A DNA stretch of 45,588 nt, from the NCBI GenBank assembly GCA_964559575.1, contig CAZLGQ010000002.1:1-45588 (forward strand), read 5' to 3'. This DNA is from an uncultured Candidatus Saccharibacteria bacterium (GTDB lineage: Bacteria; Patescibacteriota; Minisyncoccia; Phycocordibacterales; CSBR16-193). Shown one piece after another: positions 34,372 through 41,402 of this stretch. How positions within the stretch are numbered: position 1 is the first letter of the stretch; the number at the start of each line of letters is the position of its first letter. A program made the translations under genes and the position numbers. Under the pieces are notes generated by a model, which saw nothing but the letters and a program-made list of their open reading frames with translations, was not told where the DNA came from and did not search any database.

Positions 34372-36345
34372 ATGGCCAGACCTTTGGTTTTTGGAAACGG
34401 AATGATCTTAGTTTGCTTGGATAAAGATGCTCAAGTTAGGGATTTTTATTTTCCTTATGTGGGATCGGAAAATCACATAGGAAGAAGGGATGTTCATAAA
34501 ATTGGTGTTTGGGTTGATGATAGAATTAGTTGGTTTTCAGATAAAGAGTGGAGTGTTGATGTTCGTTATAAAGAAGACATGATGACCTCGGATATTACTG
34601 CTCATAATAGTAAGATGCAGATCTCAGTTCATTTTTCAGATGTGGTTTATAATGAAAAGAATATTTTTTTAAGATCAATTACTGTTAATAATCATGCCGA
34701 AAGAGAAAGAGAGATTAGACTTTTTTTTAATCAGCAGTTTGAAATATCACAAACATATTATGCTGATACCGCTTATTATAATCCAACACTTCATGCTTTG
34801 GTTCATTATAAAGGAAGAAGGGTGTTTTTAGTAAGTGCCAGAGATGAAAATGGAGACTTTTTTACTGAGTATTCCACCGGACTTTTTAACATAGAAGGTA
34901 AAGAGGGTACCTGGAGAGATGCAGAGGATGGAAGGTTATTAAAAAATCCCATAGAGCATGGAGAGGTTGATTCTACCTTAGGATTAATTATTAATATAGA
35001 AGCAAATGGTTCTAAAAAGGCTTACTATTGGATATGTGTTGGAGAAACTCTGGGAGAAGCCGAGAGACTTCAAGGTCATCTTTTGTATAAGACCGAGGAC
35101 CATGTTATTGAAAGTACCAGTAAGTTTTGGCATGCTTGGGTTAATAATTTTGATATTAATTTTGAAGGTTTAAATAGTGAGGTACAAAAAGCTTTTAAAA
35201 GATCACTTTTAACTATCAGAACTCACTGTGATAACAGAGGAGGAATAATTGCTTCTGGTGATTCGGCTCAGTTCCAATACGGAAGGGATACTTATAGTTA
35301 TGTTTGGCCACGTGACGGTGTTTTTATTTCTCTTAGTATGGATAAGGCCGGTTACTCGGAAATATCCGAGAGGTTTTATCGTTTTTGTAACAGTGTTATG
35401 GCTCAAGGGGGTTACATGCTTCACAAGTATCAACCTGATATGTCTTTGGGAAGTTCTTGGCATCCGTGGATACAGGGAAACGAATCACAGTTAGCTATAC
35501 AGGAAGATGAAACCGCTCTTTTACTTTTTGGTCTCTGGGAGCATTATAATTTAAATAAGAACTTAGAGTTTGTTGAAGAGTTTTACAATCCTTTTATTAA
35601 AAAAGCTGCAGAGTTTATAAAAAATTACAGAGATAAAAAAACAGGGTTACCTCATCCTAGTTATGATCTTTGGGAAGAGAACTATGCTATTTCAACATTT
35701 ACAGCCGCTTCTGTTTATGGAGCTTTAATCTCTGCTTCTAAGTTCGCTGAGATCTTAGGTAAAGAAGATGAAAAGGAGAGATATATTAGTGTCGCTAAAG
35801 AGGTGAAAGAGAGTATATTAAAATATATGTATGATGAAGAAAAAGGAACTTTTTTGAAATCAGTTAATATTGAAGATGATAACATCATTCCGAACCCCAT
35901 AATTGATGCCAGTTCTTTTTATGGTTGTTTTCGTTTTGGTGTTTTGTCTATTGATGACGATAGATTAAAAAGAGCTTTTGAATCAACTCAAAAGGCTTTG
36001 TCTGATCCTATACCGATAAAAGGATCTGCTAGATATGAAAATGATAAATATCATGCTCCCGAACATGGGTATAGAGATGTTCCCGGTAACCCTTGGTTTG
36101 TAACTACCCTTTGGTTAATTCAGTATAAAATAGCAAGAGCTAATTCGGAGGAAGAATTAAATTTTGTTAATGAAGAACTTATGTGGGCGGTTAAAAACTC
36201 TCTTCCTACAGGTGCTTTATCAGAACAACTTAATCCCTATACTGGAGAACCTTTATCAGTAACTCCTCTTGTTTGGAGTCATGCAGAGTTTGTTTTGGCG
36301 GTTCTTGAATATATAGAAAAAATAAGAATTTTAAGATCAGAGTAG
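34372..36345 (+). CDS. Glycoside hydrolase family 15 enzyme (glucoamylase/glucodextranase type, with N-terminal beta-sandwich domain)
   Basis: 657 aa. YSYVWPRDG, the DLWEE catalytic-acid region and the C-terminal LSEQ...P.....PLVWSHAEF motif are typical of prokaryotic GH15. Confidence 0.75.
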   Translation: MARPLVFGNGMILVCLDKDAQVRDFYFPYVGSENHIGRRDVHKIGVWVDDRISWFSDKEWSVDVRYKEDMMTSDITAHNSKMQISVHFSDVVYNEKNIFLRSITVNNHAEREREIRLFFNQQFEISQTYYADTAYYNPTLHALVHYKGRRVFLVSARDENGDFFTEYSTGLFNIEGKEGTWRDAEDGRLLKNPIEHGEVDSTLGLIINIEANGSKKAYYWICVGETLGEAERLQGHLLYKTEDHVIESTSKFWHAWVNNFDINFEGLNSEVQKAFKRSLLTIRTHCDNRGGIIASGDSAQFQYGRDTYSYVWPRDGVFISLSMDKAGYSEISERFYRFCNSVMAQGGYMLHKYQPDMSLGSSWHPWIQGNESQLAIQEDETALLLFGLWEHYNLNKNLEFVEEFYNPFIKKAAEFIKNYRDKKTGLPHPSYDLWEENYAISTFTAASVYGALISASKFAEILGKEDEKERYISVAKEVKESILKYMYDEEKGTFLKSVNIEDDNIIPNPIIDASSFYGCFRFGVLSIDDDRLKRAFESTQKALSDPIPIKGSARYENDKYHAPEHGYRDVPGNPWFVTTLWLIQYKIARANSEEELNFVNEELMWAVKNSLPTGALSEQLNPYTGEPLSVTPLVWSHAEFVLAVLEYIEKIRILRSE

Positions 36346-36395
36346 TTTCTAAAATATAATTATAAAGTAACTTTATTTATTCTATTTCTTCTTTG

Positions 36396-36404
36396 TGGTA
36401 GAAT
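36396..36404 (+). promoter_or_regulatory. Extended -10 promoter element TGgTAGAAT, 7 nt before the ATG at 36412 (predicted leaderless)
   Basis: tg g tagaat (36396-36404), spacer ttttttt, ATG at 36412. Confidence 0.45.
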
Positions 36405-36411
36405 TTTTTTT

Positions 36412-36771
36412 ATGTCAATAGTAATTGCTAAATGGTTTGTGGGAGCTATATCTATAATGATAGTTGCTGAGCTTTTAGAATCAGTAACTGTTTCCGGTAT
36501 ATACATAGCTTTAATAGTCGCACTTTTGTGGGGTTTTTTAAATATTTTTGTAAGGCCAATTTTGATTTTTATTACTTTACCTTTGAATGTTATTACTTTT
36601 GGTCTTTTTACTTTTATTATAAACGGATCACTTCTTCTCTTTTTAGCCTCTTTTGTTGACGGTCTTTCGGTAGATAGTTTGATATGGGCTATAGTAGCTG
36701 CAATGTTAGTAGCTGTTTTGAATTGGTTTGGTAATTACATTATTGAACTAATATCTACTGAAAATAGATAA
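36412..36771 (+). CDS. Four-TM membrane protein of the YvlD/DUF360 ('phage holin family 4_2') class
   Basis: 119 aa. LNIFVRPILIFITLPLNVITFGLFTFIINGSLL is typical of this family. Confidence 0.55.
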   Translation: MSIVIAKWFVGAISIMIVAELLESVTVSGIYIALIVALLWGFLNIFVRPILIFITLPLNVITFGLFTFIINGSLLLFLASFVDGLSVDSLIWAIVAAMLVAVLNWFGNYIIELISTENR

Positions 36772-36797
36772 GATGATAATAGATTTAAATTATAAAA

Positions 36798-37691
36798 ATG
36801 ACTACTATTGTTACACATAATGGAAATTACCACTGCGATGATATTTTTGCCGTAGCAACTTTGTGTCTTTTTTTAGGAGAAGATGTACCCGTTGAGATAA
36901 TAAGAACAAGAGATGAGGATATTATTAAAAAGGCTGATTTTGTAGTTGATGTTGGGGGTTATTATGATGAAAATAAAAAAGTTTTTGATCATCATCAAAA
37001 TGGTGGTGCGGGAAAAAGAGACAATGGTGTTCCTTATGCTTCTTTTGGTTTAGTTTGGAAAGAATACAGTTACGAATTATGTGGGGATGAAGATGTGGTA
37101 GAGGAATTGGATAGAAAGATAGTTCAGTTTATTGATGCTGAAGATAATGGTGTTAAAATATCAAAAAATTTATTTGATAACATTGATGTTTATTCCATTC
37201 ATGAGTTTTTTCTTTCTTTTTCTCCTACTTGGGATGAAGAAGATGTTGATATTGATAGTATTTTTAATAAATGTGTTTACATAGCCAAAGAAGTTTTGAA
37301 AAGGGAGATAAAAATAATTAAAGATAATAAAAAAGCTGAAAAATTTGTTAAAGAGTCTTATGAAAATTCAAAAGATAAAAGAGTGGTGGTTTTAGATAGA
37401 TACTATCCTTGGAAAGATCTACTGACTTCTTTTTCGGAACCTCTTTTGGTAATTTATCCTTCTTTTGAAAATAGTTCTTGGCATGTACAAGCAGTACCAA
37501 AGGAAGCTAATATTTTTGAATCAAGATTATCTTTTCCTCAAAGTTGGGCGGGAAAAAGAGATTCAGAATTAGTTGAGGCAACCGGAGTAAAAGATGCTCT
37601 TTTTTGTCACAATAAAGTTTTTTTGGCGGTTGCCGGATCAAAAGAAGGAGCTTTGTTGCTTGCCAAAAAAGCATTGGATTTTTCAGATTAA
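36798..37691 (+). CDS. MYG1/UPF0160 family metal-dependent hydrolase (DHH-like)
   Basis: N-terminal THNGNYHCDDIFA (family signature TH.G.FH.DE) and FDHHQ motif. 297 aa. Confidence 0.65.
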   Translation: MTTIVTHNGNYHCDDIFAVATLCLFLGEDVPVEIIRTRDEDIIKKADFVVDVGGYYDENKKVFDHHQNGGAGKRDNGVPYASFGLVWKEYSYELCGDEDVVEELDRKIVQFIDAEDNGVKISKNLFDNIDVYSIHEFFLSFSPTWDEEDVDIDSIFNKCVYIAKEVLKREIKIIKDNKKAEKFVKESYENSKDKRVVVLDRYYPWKDLLTSFSEPLLVIYPSFENSSWHVQAVPKEANIFESRLSFPQSWAGKRDSELVEATGVKDALFCHNKVFLAVAGSKEGALLLAKKALDFSD

Positions 37692-37700
37692 AAAAATAAA

Positions 37701-38687
37701 ATGGCCTTTACAGATGAAATAAATATACATTTAAAAGCAGGAAAGGGCGGTGATGGGGTTGTTCGTTGGCGCCATGAGAAGTATAAAGAAAAAGGAGGTC
37801 CTTCCGGTGGAAATGGGGGACGTGGAGGTGATGTTGTAATAAAGGCGGTCAGAGATGTTTATCGCTTAAGTCATTATGCTCAATTTCCTGAACTTTCTGC
37901 GGAAAATGGTCAAGATGGTATGAAAGATAGTCGTGTTGGTGCAAAAGGAAATGATCTGGAATTATTTTTTCCTGTTGGTTCTGTTATTTTAAATAAAAGT
38001 ACAGGCGAAAGATGGGAACTTTTAGAGGAAGGTCAAGAAGGAGTTATATTAAAAGGTGGAAAGGGCGGTTTAGGAAATGAGTATTTTAAAAGTTCAAGAA
38101 ATGTTACACCAATGGAGCAAACAGATGGTAAACCCGGAAAAGAAGCTGATTTTTGTGTTGAACTTAAATTAATAGCCGATGCGGGTTTAGTGGGAATTCC
38201 TAGTTCAGGAAAATCAACACTTTTAAATACGCTTACCGGAGCAAAAAGTAAAGTTGGAAGTTATGATTTCACCACTTTGGAACCTCATTTAGGTGATCTT
38301 TATGGTGTGATAATAGCTGATATTCCCGGATTAATAGAAGGAGCATCGGAAGGTAGAGGGTTAGGGCATTCTTTTTTAAGACATATATCACGAACAGGAA
38401 TTTTGGTTTTTTGTATTTCAGCTGATTCTTCTGATGTACTTTCTGAATATGAGTTGGTTGATAAAGAAATAAGTCTTTTTGATGAAGAACTTTCAAAAAA
38501 ATCAAGAATAGTGGTGATCACTAAATCTGATCTTGTTGAAGATCAGAAAATAGAAGATCTGAAAGAGAAATTAAGTAATAAAATAAAGGTTCCGGTTTAT
38601 TCTGTTTCTGTTTTAGATGATGTGGCTGTTAAAGATCTTTCAGATACTTTGGTTGAAAAAATAAAGAAAGATAGGAATCTTTCATAA
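37701..38687 (+). CDS. obg: GTPase Obg/CgtA (short form without a C-terminal extension domain)
   Basis: Glycine-rich Obg fold (GKGGDGVVRWRHEKYKEKGGPSGGNGGRGGDV), G1 GIPSSGKST, G3 DIPGLIEGAS. Confidence 0.88.
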   Translation: MAFTDEINIHLKAGKGGDGVVRWRHEKYKEKGGPSGGNGGRGGDVVIKAVRDVYRLSHYAQFPELSAENGQDGMKDSRVGAKGNDLELFFPVGSVILNKSTGERWELLEEGQEGVILKGGKGGLGNEYFKSSRNVTPMEQTDGKPGKEADFCVELKLIADAGLVGIPSSGKSTLLNTLTGAKSKVGSYDFTTLEPHLGDLYGVIIADIPGLIEGASEGRGLGHSFLRHISRTGILVFCISADSSDVLSEYELVDKEISLFDEELSKKSRIVVITKSDLVEDQKIEDLKEKLSNKIKVPVYSVSVLDDVAVKDLSDTLVEKIKKDRNLS

Positions 38688-38750
38688 TCTTTGTTAAATT
38701 GGTATAGTTATTTTTATTGTATTTAGTAAACAATAGTATTTAAAAAATTT

Positions 38751-40169
38751 ATGAAAAAATATTTTCCCACAATAGGTTTAGAGATCCACGCTCAACTTTC
38801 TACTGAAAGTAAGGTTTTTTGTAGTTGTTTAAATGATCCAAATGAAAAAAATCCCAACACAAATATCTGTCATATCTGTACCGGTCAACCCGGAGCTTTG
38901 CCTGTTGTAAATAAAGAGGCTATCAAAAAGATATTACAAGTAGGAGCTTCCTTAAAAGGAGAGTTAGCTGATTTTACTGAGTTTGATAGGAAACATTATT
39001 TTTATCCGGATATACCAAAAGGTTATCAGATAAGTCAGGATAAGTATCCTTTAGTTAAAAATGCTTTATTGAATGGGGTTGAAATTGCCAGGATACATCT
39101 TGAAGAAGATACAGCAAGATCTATTCATGATAAAAGTGGAGGGACTTTAGTTGATTTTAATAGATCCGGAGCTCCTCTTATGGAGCTTGTTACAAAACCT
39201 CAAATAAGGTCGGGAGAGCAAGCCGCTAATTTTGCCAAAGAGTTACAATTGCTTTTGCGTTATTTGGGTGTAGGAGAAGCTAATATGGAAAAAGGTGAAA
39301 TGCGTGTTGAAGCCAATCTTTCCATAAGTAGTTCTGAAAAGTTAGGTACTAAAGTTGAGATAAAGAATTTGAATTCTTTTAAATCGGTTGAAAAAGCTGT
39401 TGCTTACGAAATAGAAAGACATACTGAGATCTTAAATAAAGGAGAAAAGATAATTCAAGAAACAAGAGGTTGGGATGAAGAAAAACAGGTAACATTATCT
39501 CAAAGACAAAAAGAAGATTCTCATGATTATAGATATTTTCCTGAACCGGATATTCCTCCTTTTGTTCTTTCTGAAATAGAAGAGTTTTCACTAAATTCCA
39601 TTGTTTCTTCTTTTCCTGAGTTGCCTTGGGAAAAAAGAGAGAGGTATAAAAATAATTTTAGTATATCGGATGATAATATAGAAATATTTATTAATTCAAA
39701 AGAATTGGCTTCTTTTTTTGAAGATTCTGTTGCTTTGATCTCTTCTGAAATAGAAGATGCTCCTAAAAAAGCTGCTAATTATATAATAAGCGATCTTTTG
39801 GGAATGATGAAAGAAGACGGAGTTGAAACCGTGCCATTAAAAGCATCTCATTTTGCCGAACTTATAACTATGATATCTAAAGGAGAGCTTTCTTCCAGAG
39901 GAGGTAAGGACGTCCTTTCTATTATGTATAAAGGTGAAGATGGGAGTGCAAAAGAGATAGCAAAAAAACATGATCTTATTCAGTCTAATGATAGTGAAAG
40001 TGTCATATCCTTAGTTAAAGAGGTTATAAAAGAAAATCCTAAAGTTGTTAAAGATTATAAAGATGGAAAAGAGAGTTCATTACAGTTTTTGGTAGGACAG
40101 GGTATGAAAAAAAGTGGAGGTTCTATTAACCCACAACTTTTCAGAGACACTCTAAAAGAGATGGTTTAA
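38751..40169 (+). CDS. gatB: Asp-tRNA(Asn)/Glu-tRNA(Gln) amidotransferase subunit B
   Basis: IGLEIHAQL N-terminus, HLEEDTA, EANLS, C-terminal YqeY/GatB_Yqey-type tail. 472 aa. Confidence 0.9.
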   Translation: MKKYFPTIGLEIHAQLSTESKVFCSCLNDPNEKNPNTNICHICTGQPGALPVVNKEAIKKILQVGASLKGELADFTEFDRKHYFYPDIPKGYQISQDKYPLVKNALLNGVEIARIHLEEDTARSIHDKSGGTLVDFNRSGAPLMELVTKPQIRSGEQAANFAKELQLLLRYLGVGEANMEKGEMRVEANLSISSSEKLGTKVEIKNLNSFKSVEKAVAYEIERHTEILNKGEKIIQETRGWDEEKQVTLSQRQKEDSHDYRYFPEPDIPPFVLSEIEEFSLNSIVSSFPELPWEKRERYKNNFSISDDNIEIFINSKELASFFEDSVALISSEIEDAPKKAANYIISDLLGMMKEDGVETVPLKASHFAELITMISKGELSSRGGKDVLSIMYKGEDGSAKEIAKKHDLIQSNDSESVISLVKEVIKENPKVVKDYKDGKESSLQFLVGQGMKKSGGSINPQLFRDTLKEMV

Positions 40170-40193
40170 TTTTTTTAAAATATTAGAATATTA

Positions 40194-40227
40194 AAAATAC
40201 TCCCGGCAATAAAGCAGGGAGTATTTT
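40194..40227. terminator. Bidirectional terminator shared by gatB (+) and rnpB (-)
   Basis: aaaatactccc-ggcaataaagca-ggagtatttt-type hairpin (gggagta arm) flanked by A and T runs. Ends 2 nt from the rnpB 3' end. Confidence 0.7.
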
Positions 40228-40228
40228 A

Positions 40229-40591
40229 GTTCGTGTCTATAAGCCGAATTCTGTACTCAATAAATGTATAATTTATTGAGCGGTAGTCATTTATCTGGGA
40301 TAGATGTTACCATCTACCTCAAGCGGTACTCTATTAGTAATAATACCAATAGCACGACCTTGCACCTGGGTAAGGATTTAGCCGTTTCACCTCTTCGTTT
40401 CCGAAGAGTTATTCCCAAAGGGATCCTTCACCTTTCGGTTCCGGCGTCACTGTTCGCACCTCTAACTTATTATTTTAATAATAAGTTGACGGGTGTTACC
40501 CGCTACCATTTTAGACGCTCTTAAATAGAGCGAATAGGTGTTCGGACTTTCCTCTTAGAGTTAAAACTCTAAGCGACTACCCGACACGAAC
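40229..40591 (-). ncRNA. rnpB: RNase P RNA, bacterial type A
   Basis: Minus strand shows P1 gttcgtgtc/gacacgaac, the universally conserved GAGGAAAGUCCGAAC, AGAUAAAUGACUACC and ACAGAAUUCGGCUUAU blocks, in the same order as in E. coli M1 RNA. Confidence 0.9.
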
Positions 40592-40685
40592 AATTATATT
40601 ATACAATAAAATTTTTAAATGTCCAAAAAAATTAATTTAGATTTTTAATTTTTTGTTATACAATTCATATCAAAGTTATTTTAAT

Positions 40686-41159
40686 ATGAATTATATTAGA
40701 AAATTAAGTTTCGTTTTAGTACTCTTTGTAATTTTGTCTTTTTTATTTTTTAATTTTTTAAATAATAAAGAAACAACAGTTATAGAAGAAAAAGATTATT
40801 GGGAAATAAAGTTAGATGATTCTGATCTTTTAGTAGAAGTTGCCGATACTAATGAAACTCTTATAAAAGGTCTTTCCGGTAGAAATTCCATAGGTTCGGA
40901 CGGTCTTTTAATGGTTTTTAAAGAGGAGTCGCATCACGGTATATGGATGAAGGAAATGAAATTTCCTATAGATATCATTTGGATAAATTCCGATGGCAGA
41001 ACTGTTTACATAGAAAAAAATGTAGACCCTAAAACTTATCCGAAAGTATTTAGACCTGATGATCCGGCCAAATTTGTTTTAGAGGTTAGTGCCGGTTTGG
41101 TGGATGAAAAGGGTTGGGGTATTGATAGTATAATGACTTTAAAGGACAAAAAATTTTAA
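40686..41159 (+). CDS. DUF192 (COG1430) family protein with N-terminal membrane anchor/signal
   Basis: VEVADTNETLIKGLSGR ... GLLMVF ... WMKEMKFPIDIIWI pattern is typical of DUF192. I prefer the ATG at 40686 to the TTG at 40653. Confidence 0.65.
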   Translation: MNYIRKLSFVLVLFVILSFLFFNFLNNKETTVIEEKDYWEIKLDDSDLLVEVADTNETLIKGLSGRNSIGSDGLLMVFKEESHHGIWMKEMKFPIDIIWINSDGRTVYIEKNVDPKTYPKVFRPDDPAKFVLEVSAGLVDEKGWGIDSIMTLKDKKF

Positions 41160-41402
41160 AAAAATAATAAAAATGATCAATTTTTATTAAAATTTTATTA
41201 TTTTTTTCTTTTTTTATCATTTTTAAATTAATAACGCTTTTATTTTTTCTTTTTTTATCCACAGTTTTTTGACCTGCTTTAAATAGCCTTTTTTTAAGCT
41301 GTGACTATACATATTTTTTGACGTTTCTGTCTAATTTCTTTGCTTGTAATGATAGTTTAGACTGTTACAATAAGAATATATTATTATTAATTTATATATA
41401 AA

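Noticed and set aside
21840-37000. Prophage, conjugative element or genomic island suggested by the 'holin family' and 'VirD4/TraD-like' labels
   Set aside because: There is no integrase, relaxase, capsid/tail, VirB or repeat-bounded structure. Flanking genes are housekeeping and composition looks uniform. The YvlD/DUF360 family is widespread as a chromosomal membrane protein.
40264-40524. 86-aa ORF on the + strand
   Set aside because: It lies entirely inside the RNase P RNA gene on the opposite strand. It has no protein-like features and the region is explained by rnpB.
40653-40685. TTG start for the DUF192 gene (and similarly the TTG at 31266 for the glycosyltransferase)
   Set aside because: The in-frame ATGs at 40686 and 31272 give sensible N-termini (signal-anchor MNYIRKLSF..., and MKVLMFGWEFPP typical of glycogen synthases). 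The TTG extensions add non-conserved-looking residues.
41160-41402. Cobalamin riboswitch or NrdR boxes upstream of nrdJ
   Set aside because: No B12-box-like GCCACUG core or conserved riboswitch helices are visible. Only a half-site resemblance to an NrdR box is present (tgactatacatat around 41303), with no palindrome and no second box.
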